From Desulfobacterales bacterium (GTDB lineage: Bacteria; Desulfobacterota; Desulfobacteria; Desulfobacterales; JAHEIW01), in the NCBI GenBank assembly GCA_050122255.1, contig JASFJF010000001.1:1-40170 (forward strand): DNA of 40,170 nucleotides, read 5' to 3'. Positions 1-9,930 of the stretch are shown here, piece after piece; positions within the stretch are counted from its first letter, which is position 1; each line of letters opens with the position of its first letter. The notes beneath the pieces are model-generated. The model saw only the letters and a program-made list of their open reading frames with translations, was not told where the DNA came from and did not search any database. The translations under genes and the position numbers were made by a program.

Positions 1-50
1 CAGATAGCCCCGCTGCTGGCAGCGTCATTCAGTGCGCCAAATAGACAAAT

Positions 51-100
51 GGTTGAATGGCTAAACGCCTATTTCCGGCATAGCGTTTAACGATTCAACC
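51..100. terminator. Imperfect inverted-repeat hairpin 53 nt downstream of yajC; candidate (bidirectional) intrinsic terminator
   Basis: ggttgaatggctaaacgc (51-68) pairs with gcgtttaacgattcaacc (83-100) at 16 of 18 positions, 14-nt loop. On the minus strand the stem is followed by ATTTGTCTATTT. Confidence 0.4.
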
Positions 101-152
101 ATTAAAATTGTCTTCAATCGCATTCGAAATTGATCCACTGCGAATGTTGCTG

Positions 153-491
153 TTATTTTTTTTGCGGTTGCGGCTGGGCAGAAGGCTGAACCATGGCCGA
201 TACATTGGAGCGCGCAACTTTGACCCTGACTTTGTCTGCTATTTCGAGCGTTAATGTCGTATCATCTATTCCGGTGATACGACCGTGCAAACCGCCGCTG
301 GTTATAATACGGTCCCCCTTTTTTAGACTCGATATCATACTTCGGTGCTCTTTTTGTCTTTTTTGCTGGGGGCGGATCAGCAGAAAATAAAAAATAACGA
401 ACATTAGGATGATCGGGATAAACCCGCTAAACCCAGCTACGCCTTCTCCGCCGGCTCCTCCACCACCCATTGCATAAGCGATGTCAATCAA
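153..491 (-). CDS. yajC: Preprotein translocase subunit YajC
   Basis: One TM helix followed by IRPQQKRQKEHRSMISSLKKGDRIITSGGLHGRITGIDD, the conserved YajC core. Start set at TTG 491 (AGGAGG at 499-504, 7-nt spacer). ATG 470 is an alternative. The track start at 524 has no SD. Confidence 0.85.
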   Translation of the reverse strand: MIDIAYAMGGGGAGGEGVAGFSGFIPIILMFVIFYFLLIRPQQKRQKEHRSMISSLKKGDRIITSGGLHGRITGIDDTTLTLEIADKVRVKVARSNVSAMVQPSAQPQPQKK

Positions 492-722
492 AATAATACC
501 TCCTCTAAATGAGATACAACTCACTCAACTGGATTGATGTCTTCGACCCATACCCTGCGATTTTCTGGCGCTCACAAAGTCAGTGGCTCGAATACTATCA
601 AAATTAGCGCACTTTTTAAGGATTGCAAGTTTACGTGCGAAATAACAACAAGTCTTGCGATAAATTGAGCCACCAGATACAGCAATATAATGGGACTGTC
701 AATATCGAATTCATATATTGGT

Positions 723-2198
723 CTAGTGTTTTTTCTGATCCTGATAGATGATGTTGCTGTCTCCCGGGGTCATGGACAGATCACCTTCGATTTTGACACT
801 CAGGTTGCGGCGCTCCTCCAACTCTGCAATATCTTTACGTTTCATATTTAAAAGATAGTCGGCTACATCCACCGGTACGATACCGATCACAGTGGTGATT
901 CCCGGCTTAAGAGTTTCCAAACTGAGCTTTCGAAGAAATCCAACGGCCAGCGTTTCTGTCGATGCCACCAGGCCTTTGCCTTTGCAGTAGCGGCAGGGAT
1001 GGTAACTGCCAAATTCAATCGAGGGCCGAATCCGCTGGCGGGACATTTCCAGCAATCCGAATCTTGAAATCTTGCCGACTTTCGTTTTAGCTTTGTCTTC
1101 AGCGACGAAACGCCGCAGGTGGCGTTCCACTTCTGAACGGTGCTTGGGTTCGCGCATGTCTATAAAATCAATGACAATCAGCCCACCTAGATCTCTCAGG
1201 CGCAATTGGCGGGCAGCTTCTTCTGCTGCCTCACGATTGGTCAGTAAAGCGGTTTTTTCAATCGACCGTTCATGCTTGCTCTTGCCGCTATTCACGTCGA
1301 TAGATACCAGCGCTTCGGTTTGTTCAATCACAATAGATCCGCCAGATTTTAAATTGATGCGGCTCTCAAAAATAGGTGCGATCTGGTCCTCAATTCCAAA
1401 TTGAGTAAATATCGGTTTGGCCCCTTTATACAATCGAACGATTTTATGGTGTTTACGCGAAATAATTTTGATAAAGTCCTTGACCTCCTGAAACACCGAG
1501 GGGTCATCGACTAAAATTTCGGTCACCTCCGGCGTGAAGTAATCGCGGATGGACCGCAAAACGAGATGCCTTTCGCGATAGAGCAAAGCCGGCGCTGTTT
1601 CCTGCATGACACTTTTTTTAATTGTTTTCCATAGGCGCAGTAAATATTTCAAATCGCGCACCAATAGGGTTTTGGTGCAATTCATCCCAACCGTGCGGAC
1701 GATCAGGCCAAAGCCTTCTGGAATTTTTAAATTATCAATCAGGTTCTTTAGGCGGCTGCGTTCATCTTCATCGTCGATCTTACGGGAGATACCATGTTTG
1801 TCGTTTCCCGGCATGAGCACCAGATAACGGCCTGCCAGAGACACATAAGTTGTCAGCATGGCGCCCTTTTTCATAAAGGGTTCTTTGGTGACCTGAACCA
1901 TGACCTCCTGTCCGCGCCTGACAAGCTTTTCGATCGAGTGGTCGCCGCCCTCACTCTCATGGAAATAATCGCTGTGAATTTCGTGCCGCTGCAAAAACCC
2001 ATGCCGTTCGGCACCATAATCCACAAACACGGCTTGAAGGCTGGGTTCGATTCTGGTTATGATTCCCTTGTAAATGTTGCCCTGGGTAATTTCCCGGGCA
2101 GCACTTTCAATATAAAATTCTTCCAGTTTGTTTGCTTTTACTGCTGCAACCCGGCACTCTTCCGGATCAATGGCATTAATGAGGATCTTAATTCCCAT
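723..2198 (-). CDS. rng: Ribonuclease G (RNase E/G family endoribonuclease)
   Basis: S1 domain ([26 protein letters not shown]), catalytic core and Zn-link-like CRYCKGKG. About 490 aa, which is RNase G size. Start moved to ATG 2198 (MGIKILINA...) to match RNase E/G N-termini. Confidence 0.85.
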   Translation of the reverse strand: MGIKILINAIDPEECRVAAVKANKLEEFYIESAAREITQGNIYKGIITRIEPSLQAVFVDYGAERHGFLQRHEIHSDYFHESEGGDHSIEKLVRRGQEVMVQVTKEPFMKKGAMLTTYVSLAGRYLVLMPGNDKHGISRKIDDEDERSRLKNLIDNLKIPEGFGLIVRTVGMNCTKTLLVRDLKYLLRLWKTIKKSVMQETAPALLYRERHLVLRSIRDYFTPEVTEILVDDPSVFQEVKDFIKIISRKHHKIVRLYKGAKPIFTQFGIEDQIAPIFESRINLKSGGSIVIEQTEALVSIDVNSGKSKHERSIEKTALLTNREAAEEAARQLRLRDLGGLIVIDFIDMREPKHRSEVERHLRRFVAEDKAKTKVGKISRFGLLEMSRQRIRPSIEFGSYHPCRYCKGKGLVASTETLAVGFLRKLSLETLKPGITTVIGIVPVDVADYLLNMKRKDIAELEERRNLSVKIEGDLSMTPGDSNIIYQDQKKH

Positions 2199-2371
2199 GC
2201 AGAGATAACCTTTATTTCTTTTTCCCAACATTCCAAATCAAGCAAAGCTTGGTAATGGCGTATTGCCTCAATATGCAATTGTCAATAACAAGTCAAACGA
2301 TTTCTGGCTGTTCGATCTATTTGGATCAGCGCAACAAACGCCCGTCCTCTGATGCCGGTGGTATCGATGAG

Positions 2372-2400
2372 TTGACGGACTATCTTGCTATTGTTATGAT
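2372..2400 (+). promoter_or_regulatory. Sigma70-like promoter for leuS
   Basis: TTGACG (2372-2377), 17-nt spacer, TATGAT (2395-2400), about 68 nt upstream of the leuS ATG. Confidence 0.4.
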
Positions 2401-2467
2401 TTTGTGGCAAGGAAGACGTCGACATGTTTGCGGAAAAATAGAAACCCGGCAGGCAGAGGTGGAGGTT

Positions 2468-5059
2468 ATGGGCTCAAGATACGATCCAAAAAAAATTGAA
2501 CCGAAATGGCAGGATTTCTGGGAGTCCACCCAGCTTTTTAAAGTCAAGGAGGATCCGGATAAGGAGAAATATTATCTTCTGGAAATGTTTCCATATCCCT
2601 CCGGGCAAATTCATATAGGGCATGTTCGCAACTATACTATCGGCGATGTTGTTGCCCGCTACAAAAGAATGCGCGGCTTTAACGTTTTACATCCCATGGG
2701 GTGGGACGCATTTGGCATGCCGGCTGAAAATGCGGCAATTGCCAACAAATCCCATCCTGCCAAATGGACATATGCCAACATCGATGCGATGCGCGCGCAA
2801 TTAAAAAAGCTTGGTTTCTCTTATGACTGGGACCGGGAAATTGCAACCTGCTGCCCGGATTACTACCGGTGGGAGCAGTGGCTCTTTCTTAAAATGTATG
2901 CCACAGGTATGGCTTACCGAAAAGAATCCTTTGTCAATTGGTGTCAATCCTGCCAGACGGTTCTGGCCAACGAACAGGTTGAAGCGGGTATGTGCTGGCG
3001 GTGCGGAGAGCCGGTGCGGCAGAAAAAACTGGCACAATGGTTTTTTAGAACGACCGATTACGCTGATGATTTATTGACCCACTCCGATCAACTGCCCGGC
3101 TGGCCGGAAAAAGTGATTACGATGCAGAAAAACTGGATCGGGAAAAGCTACGGTGCTGAGATTCGTTTCCCGGTTGACAATCAGGATATTGCCATTCCGG
3201 TATTTACCACCCGCCATGATACCGTTTTCGGTGCGACCTTCATGTGCCTGGCACCGGAGCATCCGTTAACCCTGCAGCTGTCGGGCGGAACGCCACAGGA
3301 AAAACCCGTGCGGGAATTTGTCGAACGAATGTCAATGCAGGACCGATCTGACAAAGCCATAGAAGAATATGAAAAAGAAGGCGTATTTGTCGGGGCCCAC
3401 TGCATCAACCCTTTAAATGGTGCTCGTATGCCGATTTACACGGCTAATTTTGCATTGATGGAATACGGAACCGGTGCCGTCATGGCGGTGCCTGCACATG
3501 ATCAACGCGATTTTGATTTTGCCAAAAAATACGATTTGGACATTGTGGTTGTGGTCAAACCGCCGGACAAAGATTTAGATGGTGCCAGCATGCCGGAAGC
3601 CTATACCGACGACGGCATCATGGACAATTCAGGTGAATTTGACGGCCTGGATAACCGGGCGGCAATGGATGCGATTGCGGCCTTTTTGGAAGAAAAAAAC
3701 CTAGGGCAAAAAGAAGTCAGTTTTCGATTGCGCGATTGGGGCATTTCCAGGCAACGTTACTGGGGCGCGCCAATTCCGATCATACATTGCGACAGCTGTG
3801 GCGTGGTGCCGGTACCGGAATCCGATTTACCCGTCGTCCTGCCAGAAGATGTTGAATTGCTCGAAGGCGGTAAATCGCCGCTGCCCCAGCTGGATGCATT
3901 CGTAAAGGTCCAGTGTCCCCAGTGCGGTGATCCTAATGCCCACCGCGAAACCGACACCATGGATACCTTCGTTGAATCGTCTTGGTATTTCGACCGCTAT
4001 TGCAGTCCGAACTTTGACAATGGAATGTTCGATCAAAAGGCGGTGGATTACTGGATGCCGGTGGATCAGTATATTGGCGGTGTTGAACATGCGATTTTGC
4101 ATTTGCTTTACTCCCGGTATTACACGCGGGTATTATACGATCAGGGGCTGGTCACATTTAAAGAGCCTTTCACGCGTTTGCTGACACAGGGGATGGTTTG
4201 TAAAGAAACGGTTTCCTGCCCCCGGCATGGATACCTTTTGCCGGAGGAGGTCAAAGAAGAAAAGGACCAGCTGTTCTGTAGCCATTGCGAACAGCCAGTG
4301 GTTGTGGGCCGCGTCGAAAAGATGTCCAAGTCTAAAAAGAATGTCATTGATCCGAATATCCTTTTGGAAAAATACGGTGCTGACACTACCCGGTTTTTTT
4401 GCCTGTTTGCGGCCCCGCCGGAGCGGGATCTGGAATGGAGTGAACAGGGCGTCGAGGGCGGGTACCGGTTTTTGAACCGCGTCTGGCGCCTGTCGGATGA
4501 GTGGATGGCCCGGGTGAAATCCGCAGTCGCATTCGAGGGCGACGCGGACAACTTAGAAAGTGCTGTCAGGGAACTGTACAAAAAATCGCATCAAACCATC
4601 ATGAAGGTCACACGCGACATTGAAGATCGCTACCATTTTAACACGGCCATCAGCGCCGTTATGGAGTTATTTAATACAATGTCTGCGATAGACAAAACCG
4701 ATGAAGAACCCCAGACGGCATCTGTTATGCGATTGGCGGTTGAGTCTCTGACGCTTCTGCTGGCCCCCATTGTTCCTCATTTTGCCGAAGAATTGTGGGA
4801 ATCTCTTGGCTATACCTCCAGCGTTCTGCTCGCGCCATGGCCTTCTTACCTGGAAGCAGCTCTGGAAGAAGATGATATGCTGATTGTCATTCAGGTAAAC
4901 GGCAAGCTGCGAAGTAAATTCTCGGTGGCCACCAACACGCCTGAAGAAATCATCAAACAGCAGGCCCTTGAAGATACGCGCATTATGAAATTTACCGATG
5001 GCAAGACAGTCAAAAAGGTGATTTACGTCAAAGATAAATTGGTCAATATTGTCATCTAA
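2468..5059 (+). CDS. leuS: Leucyl-tRNA synthetase
   Basis: HIGH motif ([11 protein letters not shown]), KMSKS motif (EKMSKSKKN), CP1 editing and Zn-binding Cys regions. N-terminus [18 protein letters not shown] parallels known LeuS starts. The track extension 2249-2467 is non-coding leader that contains the promoter. Confidence 0.95.
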   Translation: MGSRYDPKKIEPKWQDFWESTQLFKVKEDPDKEKYYLLEMFPYPSGQIHIGHVRNYTIGDVVARYKRMRGFNVLHPMGWDAFGMPAENAAIANKSHPAKWTYANIDAMRAQLKKLGFSYDWDREIATCCPDYYRWEQWLFLKMYATGMAYRKESFVNWCQSCQTVLANEQVEAGMCWRCGEPVRQKKLAQWFFRTTDYADDLLTHSDQLPGWPEKVITMQKNWIGKSYGAEIRFPVDNQDIAIPVFTTRHDTVFGATFMCLAPEHPLTLQLSGGTPQEKPVREFVERMSMQDRSDKAIEEYEKEGVFVGAHCINPLNGARMPIYTANFALMEYGTGAVMAVPAHDQRDFDFAKKYDLDIVVVVKPPDKDLDGASMPEAYTDDGIMDNSGEFDGLDNRAAMDAIAAFLEEKNLGQKEVSFRLRDWGISRQRYWGAPIPIIHCDSCGVVPVPESDLPVVLPEDVELLEGGKSPLPQLDAFVKVQCPQCGDPNAHRETDTMDTFVESSWYFDRYCSPNFDNGMFDQKAVDYWMPVDQYIGGVEHAILHLLYSRYYTRVLYDQGLVTFKEPFTRLLTQGMVCKETVSCPRHGYLLPEEVKEEKDQLFCSHCEQPVVVGRVEKMSKSKKNVIDPNILLEKYGADTTRFFCLFAAPPERDLEWSEQGVEGGYRFLNRVWRLSDEWMARVKSAVAFEGDADNLESAVRELYKKSHQTIMKVTRDIEDRYHFNTAISAVMELFNTMSAIDKTDEEPQTASVMRLAVESLTLLLAPIVPHFAEELWESLGYTSSVLLAPWPSYLEAALEEDDMLIVIQVNGKLRSKFSVATNTPEEIIKQQALEDTRIMKFTDGKTVKKVIYVKDKLVNIVI

Positions 5060-5229
5060 GGTTCAGGGTTCAAAGGTTCAGAGGTTCAGGGTTTTTTAGG
5101 TTCAAAGTTTGGCCGCTGGTCTTTTACAGCTGGTTGCTGGCCAAGTGCTTACGAAGGTTGACTGACTGCCGGCGATACCTAGCCCTTTATCGTAACCTTT
5201 TAACGCGCAACCGTTGAACCTCTGAACCT
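5060..5229 (+). repeat. GGTTCA octamer-period tandem repeats plus a distal inverted copy (leuS-lptE spacer element)
   Basis: GGTTCA at 5060, 5067, 5075, 5083 and 5099. TGAACC at 5215 and 5223. Perfect 15-bp complement between aggttcagaggttca (5074-5088) and tgaacctctgaacct (5215-5229). Confidence 0.8.
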
Positions 5230-5245
5230 ATACTGGGAGCTGTTC

Positions 5246-5761
5246 TTGAGAATAAACTCGATTAGCCTACTCATTTTTGCAGTAGCAATACTGTTCGGTG
5301 GTTGCGGATACCGGTTCGCCGATCAGGGCGGATTTCCGGGTGATAACCAGCGTCTTTTCGTAAACGTTCTGGAAAATAAAACTCAGGAAACCGGCGTGGA
5401 AAACATCATCACTGCCGCACTGCTCTCTGAATTAACCCTTCGCAAAACGAATCGTCTGGCAGCCGGGTTGGCAGAAGCCGATGTGGTCTTGAGCGGTGTC
5501 ATCAAACACGTTAACTTTGAGACCATTTCGGTCAGTGAACCGACAGTCGCCGATGAGCGGCGCGTAAGCGTAACGGTTGCCTTGACACTGAGGGAAACCG
5601 ACGGCAGCAAGGTCTGGACAGGAGGGGACTTTTCAGATTATGAAGCCTACCTGGTAAACCTAAATCCGGAAATAACGGATGCAAACCGCCGGAATGCGAT
5701 ACGGATATTGTCAAAACGCATCGCCGAGCGAGTCATTAACCGCTTCAGTGATGATTTCTAA
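5246..5761 (+). CDS. lptE: LPS-assembly lipoprotein LptE-like
   Basis: Lipoprotein signal with lipobox (ILFGGC). About 170 aa. Sits in the conserved position immediately downstream of leuS. TTG start 6 nt after GGGAG (5235-5239). Confidence 0.65.
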   Translation: MRINSISLLIFAVAILFGGCGYRFADQGGFPGDNQRLFVNVLENKTQETGVENIITAALLSELTLRKTNRLAAGLAEADVVLSGVIKHVNFETISVSEPTVADERRVSVTVALTLRETDGSKVWTGGDFSDYEAYLVNLNPEITDANRRNAIRILSKRIAERVINRFSDDF

Positions 5762-5785
5762 CGGTGGGCCATAAAAAGCCGATCG

Positions 5786-6055
5786 CTAATAAACAACAAT
5801 CGTATTCATTAGCTTGGACAGGCGGGATATTTTACGGGCAGCTGTTTTTTTGTGAATGACACCTTTTTTGACAGCTTTGTCAATTAAGGATTGCGCCACA
5901 TCCATTTTGGTCCTTGCCTCTTCTTTTGCGGCTTCAGCTATAGCCTGGTGGACATCTTTGGTTATATGCTTGATTCGAGTTTTGACCGCTTTATTACGAA
6001 GCCGCCGTTTTTCGTTCTGGCGCGCACGTTTTTCAGCTGATTTGTGATTTGCCAA
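5786..6055 (-). CDS. rpsT: 30S ribosomal protein S20
   Basis: (M)ANHKSAEKRARQNEKRRLRNKAVKTRIK matches the S20 N-terminus. Start set at TTG 6055 with AAGGAG 7 nt upstream. The track start at 6085 adds 10 unlikely residues. Confidence 0.9.
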   Translation of the reverse strand: MANHKSAEKRARQNEKRRLRNKAVKTRIKHITKDVHQAIAEAAKEEARTKMDVAQSLIDKAVKKGVIHKKTAARKISRLSKLMNTIVVY

Positions 6056-6173
6056 AGTTATACTCCTTTGATGGCAGATGGTCATAGTGTAAACACACGC
6101 ATTTAATTACATTAAACTATCATAATTATATAACAGAAATCCGAATGTCAAGCTATTTTCTTCGAATTCAGCT

Positions 6174-7742
6174 ATGTCTGAAAAATCCCGGGTGATTCAG
6201 GCAGCAGGCGTTGTCGGAGCTGCAACATTACTGAGCCGAATCCTGGGATTTCTTCGCGATGCGGTGATTGCCTGGTATTTTGGTGCCGGGCACTATTCAG
6301 ACGCGTTTATTGCTGCCTTTAGAATACCGAATTTGCTACGAAAACTATTGGGCGAAGGTTCCATCAGCAATGCCTTTGTACCGGTATTGACCGACTATCT
6401 GGCGACCGACGGCCGGGAAGAAGCATTCCATCTGGCACGTTCTGCTCTGTGGGTTTTGTCGATTGTTCTGGTGGTAATTTCTTTTATTGGAATCATCCTG
6501 TCGCCTCTGATCGTCAAAATCATAGCGCCCGGCTTTATTAACGCTCCGGATAAATTAGCGCTTACCGTTACGCTGACCCGTATCATGTTCCCCTATATTT
6601 TCTTTATTGGTCTTGTGGCCCTGTGCATGGGGATTCTGAACGTGTTCGGGCACTTTTCTACACCTGCGCTAGCGCCGGTGCTGTTGAATCTGGCCATCAT
6701 CTTTTCGGTTTTTTTTATTTGCCCGTACCTAAATACACCGGTTCTGGGACTGGCCATTGGCGTGATGATCGGCGGCATCCTCCAACTGTTTCTCCAATTG
6801 CCGGTCATGTCACGTCATGGCTTTACATTTTGGCAAAACACCAAAATGTGGCATCCTGGCTTGACGAAAATGAGCCGGCTGATGCCACCGGTCATACTCG
6901 GTGGGGCCGTTTACCAGATCAATGTGCTGGTTGGGACCCTGCTGGGATCTTTTCTGCCCGAAGGCAGTGTGGCCGTATTATATTTTGCGGACCGATTGGT
7001 TCAATTTCCACTGGGCATATTTGCGATTGCGGCTGCAACTGCGGTTCTGCCAAGTCTTTCGCGACAGGCAGCCCTGAACGACCTCAATGCCTTAAAAGAC
7101 ACTTTTGGTTATGCGATTCGATTGACGTTATTTTTGACGATTCCTTCCATGATGGGACTCATTGTCCTACGGGTCCCGATCATCACCGTGCTGTTTCAAA
7201 GAGGTGAATTCAGTCCGCAAGCCACGCTGTTGACTGCCCAGGCACTTTTATACTATGCTATAGGTCTGTGGGCCTTTTCGGCGGTGCGAATCGTAGCGGC
7301 GACCTTTTTTGCCCTGAAAGATACCCGTACGCCGATGGTGATGGCAACCGTTTCCATTCTGGCCAATATCGGACTCGGGATCGTATTAATGAAACCGCTG
7401 GCGCACGCCGGGCTTGCGCTGGCAACATCGCTGGCTAGCGTATTAAATCTTGCCCTCCTGGTGCTCACACTGCGTAAAAAACTCGGATCTCTGGGATGGC
7501 GCGGTATTGCACTATCGACGTTGAAAACGCTGGGCAGCGCTGTCGTAATGGGCGCCGCTGTTTGGGTGGCAGCGAAGGTTCTCATTCCGAATCAAGGCAC
7601 TTCTTTCATCGCCTTACTGGCGGGATTGATGGCCTGCGTGGCTGCCGGCCTGGTGGTTTTCGGGGGTTGCTCATATGGCATCAAGAGCCCGGAATTGGGT
7701 AGCATGCTTGCTGAAATAAACACAAGCCTAAAGAGAAAATGA
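6174..7742 (+). CDS. murJ: Lipid II flippase MurJ (MviN family)
   Basis: 522-aa polytopic membrane protein. N-terminus RILGFLRDAVIAWYFGAG...DAFIAAFRIPNLLRKLLGEGSISNAFVPVL is typical of MurJ. Confidence 0.9.
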   Translation: MSEKSRVIQAAGVVGAATLLSRILGFLRDAVIAWYFGAGHYSDAFIAAFRIPNLLRKLLGEGSISNAFVPVLTDYLATDGREEAFHLARSALWVLSIVLVVISFIGIILSPLIVKIIAPGFINAPDKLALTVTLTRIMFPYIFFIGLVALCMGILNVFGHFSTPALAPVLLNLAIIFSVFFICPYLNTPVLGLAIGVMIGGILQLFLQLPVMSRHGFTFWQNTKMWHPGLTKMSRLMPPVILGGAVYQINVLVGTLLGSFLPEGSVAVLYFADRLVQFPLGIFAIAAATAVLPSLSRQAALNDLNALKDTFGYAIRLTLFLTIPSMMGLIVLRVPIITVLFQRGEFSPQATLLTAQALLYYAIGLWAFSAVRIVAATFFALKDTRTPMVMATVSILANIGLGIVLMKPLAHAGLALATSLASVLNLALLVLTLRKKLGSLGWRGIALSTLKTLGSAVVMGAAVWVAAKVLIPNQGTSFIALLAGLMACVAAGLVVFGGCSYGIKSPELGSMLAEINTSLKRK

Positions 7743-8032
7743 CAAAAAAACAAAGCATCTTTTTATCATTCGCAGTTGCCCTGATGCTATCGCTGCTGTT
7801 TTTTATCATCTTCGGCGAGCATGGCCTCATCGATTTAAATTCCTTAAAGGCCGAACAACACCGTCTGGCTAAGGAAAATGAACAGCTCACTCAAATGAAT
7901 CTGACCCTTAGTGTCGAAATCGACCGGCTAAAGCACGATCCGCATTACATTGAAAGTGTGGCGCGTCAGGAACTGGGGATGGTTGGCAAAAATGAACTGA
8001 TATTAAAACCCCGGCACATGCCAAAGCCCTGA
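7739..8032 (+). CDS. ftsB: Cell division protein FtsB / septum formation initiator family
   Basis: N-terminal TM, coiled coil (LKAEQHRLAKENEQLTQMNLTLSVEIDRLK), then DPHYIESVARQELGMV. ATGA overlap with the murJ stop. Confidence 0.8.
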   Translation: MTKKQSIFLSFAVALMLSLLFFIIFGEHGLIDLNSLKAEQHRLAKENEQLTQMNLTLSVEIDRLKHDPHYIESVARQELGMVGKNELILKPRHMPKP

Positions 8033-8088
8033 CGCTGTGAAGATGGATAATACTGCTGTTCAGTGATCATCAGAAAAAATGGAAAAAT

Positions 8089-8364
8089 TTGGAAATGGAA
8101 AAAGAAACCGATTTTTATACGGCGACAATGGCTAAAGTATATTCTGAACAAGGGCACTGGAACAAGGCTGCTAAAATTTATCGCCATTTGTTGGCCCGGG
8201 AACCCGAACGGGACGATTATCTTGAGGCGCTGGCAGAAGTGGAAAGAAAGGCAACCCAAAAGCGCCAGAAATCACTTGAAGATTTGGATGGGTTGTTTCA
8301 CCAATGGTTTGACCTGATGTTCAAATATAAAAACCTGTTGAAACTGCGCGATTTGAACCGCTAA
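8089..8364 (+). CDS. Small TPR-like hypothetical protein
   Basis: 91-aa ORF with one TPR-like helix pair (ATMAKVYSEQGHWNKAAKIYRHLLAREPERDDYLEALAEV). TTG 8089 or ATG 8095 start. Followed by a hairpin. Confidence 0.5.
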   Translation: MEMEKETDFYTATMAKVYSEQGHWNKAAKIYRHLLAREPERDDYLEALAEVERKATQKRQKSLEDLDGLFHQWFDLMFKYKNLLKLRDLNR

Positions 8365-8377
8365 CATTTCTCTTACC

Positions 8378-8403
8378 GCAGGGACTGAATCTCGTGTCCC
8401 TGC
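8378..8403. terminator. Hairpin between convergent genes (candidate bidirectional terminator, no clear U-tract)
   Basis: gcagggac (8378-8385) and gtccctgc (8396-8403) form a perfect 8-bp GC-rich stem with a 10-nt loop. Confidence 0.4.
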
Positions 8404-8452
8404 AAAGTAATCGATGCGATGAATGACTTACCGAAAAGAATAGATTCGACGC

Positions 8453-9049
8453 TCACTCCTTGTCTTTCTCCTTGTCTTTGCTGCTTTCATCTGGATAGAA
8501 AACGGCCTTGACGCGTTCTTGCGGGTCGCTTTCGACGCGCATTTGCCCGGTTTTGCGATCAACGATAATTTTTGAACCGGTCAGTATGTTCCGATCACTT
8601 TTCAATACCGAGTTTTCACCGCTGAGAACAAGGACCTCGGTTTTCAGATCGTATTCAGCGCGAGCGGCTTCGGCTGTAAATTTTCCAATTGATATCATAA
8701 CATTGCCGGTGGCAATAATGCGTTTTATGGAACCTCGTGCGGTGGCCCGCTGAGCGGCACGACCGGGTGCCGCTTGGTGATGAATTCTTAAATGGTCGGC
8801 GTTAATAACGAAGGCCCCCTGACGGGCGCTTACATTTCCGCTAAACTCCGCAAATTTTTCCGCTTGGTTGGTGACTAATTTATCTGCCACAATTTCAATC
8901 TGATCGTCACTGGTGCTTGTCGGGATGTCCAATGACGACTCCTCGGCCGGCGCCGTCGGGGATAACAGCATGAGGATATATGTAAAGAGCGCCGCTTTGA
9001 TTGGTAAAACCCATTCCTTTGAAGACTTTAGTTGTCGACGTATCTTCAC
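8453..9049 (-). CDS. LptA/OstA-family periplasmic LPS-transport protein
   Basis: Signal peptide followed by OstA-like beta-jellyroll repeats (ADKLVTNQAEKFAEFSGNVSARQG..., ATGNVMISIGKFTAEAARAEYDLKTEVLVLSG). GTG start with AAGGAGG upstream. No lptC or lptB adjacent. Confidence 0.7.
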   Translation of the reverse strand: MKIRRQLKSSKEWVLPIKAALFTYILMLLSPTAPAEESSLDIPTSTSDDQIEIVADKLVTNQAEKFAEFSGNVSARQGAFVINADHLRIHHQAAPGRAAQRATARGSIKRIIATGNVMISIGKFTAEAARAEYDLKTEVLVLSGENSVLKSDRNILTGSKIIVDRKTGQMRVESDPQERVKAVFYPDESSKDKEKDKE

Positions 9050-9105
9050 GCTTCCTCCTTTTTTTTACGGGTATAACGGCAAACCGGCTGACCGGCCCAA
9101 CCGTA

Positions 9106-9924
9106 TTATTTAATAATTCGGAGTCGGTGCGTTTGCCTTAACTGATGCCACAGTTCTTTAATGATTACGGCAGCGGCATCATCTTCGTTGTGCAAGGGGT
9201 CGTCGGCAATGGCTAAACAAGATTCAACGAGCTCTTCATTGCCGGACCACAAGCCAAATTTATCCAAAATGTACCGTCCCAAAAATGCATGCAGATTTAT
9301 CAATTCATCTTCGAACATGTTGGCGATTGTAATCTTTTCTTTCAAAGGCAGCGCGTTCTTCAGATTCTGTATAGCCTCGTCAACGCTTTTGGGCGGCTGG
9401 TCCAGAGTGCTGCGATGGCGTTCCTCATAACCCGCTACGTGGGGCTGGTCCGTATTCATCATTTCCAAATAATAGACGCTTTGAATTAGTTTGAGAACGG
9501 CGTTGTATATATTCGTATCTTTACTGGCCCGTGGCCCGGCGACGTTTAAAATTTCTATCTGATTTTCGTCCAACCAGGAATGGATTATGTTCGCGGCTTT
9601 AAAGGCGGGAGTTTTGTTTAAATCAATGTGCAACCAGGGGCGCTGGTGTTTAATAGCCATCTTGCGTGTATAGTCAGAGCCTTCGCTTAGAAGGCCGTGA
9701 CTGATAATTAAGGTGCCGCTTGAATCAATGACATTTTGTTCGGTTCTTAAGGGGTAACTGCTGCTGGGCATTTCCGTCAAGTTATATTCATCCGACAAGG
9801 GGCCCGCTTCTGTTAATCGACCGCTGGGAATCCAACCGCCATGTGGAATGCTCAGTTTGATGGCAGCGTCCAGAGCCGCGCGGTCCGCTCCGGTCTGGCC
9901 GCCTGATATAATTTTCCGAATCAT
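9106..9924 (-). CDS. SLOG-fold (YpsA / MoCo-carrier-like) domain fused to a C-terminal helical domain of unknown function
   Basis: N-terminus MIRKIISGGQTGADRAALDAAIKLSIPHGGWIPSGR carries the GGQTGADRAALD loop, which I recognise from the YpsA/putative molybdenum-carrier SLOG family. The C-terminal ~120 aa are unrelated and helical. Confidence 0.6.
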   Translation of the reverse strand: MIRKIISGGQTGADRAALDAAIKLSIPHGGWIPSGRLTEAGPLSDEYNLTEMPSSSYPLRTEQNVIDSSGTLIISHGLLSEGSDYTRKMAIKHQRPWLHIDLNKTPAFKAANIIHSWLDENQIEILNVAGPRASKDTNIYNAVLKLIQSVYYLEMMNTDQPHVAGYEERHRSTLDQPPKSVDEAIQNLKNALPLKEKITIANMFEDELINLHAFLGRYILDKFGLWSGNEELVESCLAIADDPLHNEDDAAAVIIKELWHQLRQTHRLRIIK

Positions 9925-9930
9925 GTTGAT

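Noticed and set aside
1-90. Possible 3' end of a plus-strand gene at the left window edge (frame 1 is open to TAA 88-90, frame 3 is open to TAG 42-44)
   Set aside because: The fragment is at most 30 codons with no recognisable motif, and frame 1 would run through the hairpin. It cannot be supported from this fragment.
2249-2467. N-terminal 73-aa extension of the leuS ORF in the track
   Set aside because: The extension has no LeuS homology and contains a good promoter (2372-2400). The canonical LeuS N-terminus starts at ATG 2468 behind an SD-like AGAGG.
5060-5104. GGTTCA tandem repeats as a CRISPR array or integron attC site (GTTGAAC at 5213 fits GTTRRRY)
   Set aside because: The 8-nt period has no spacers, so it is not CRISPR. 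There is no integrase or cassette structure. The location between the core genes leuS and lptE makes an attC site implausible, and the left-arm core is GTTCAAA rather than RYYYAAC.
8063-8317. Alternative 84-aa ORF overlapping the TPR-like gene in another frame
   Set aside because: The product is Lys/Trp/Arg-rich and low-complexity. The 8089-8364 frame gives a coherent helical TPR-like sequence that ends just before the hairpin.
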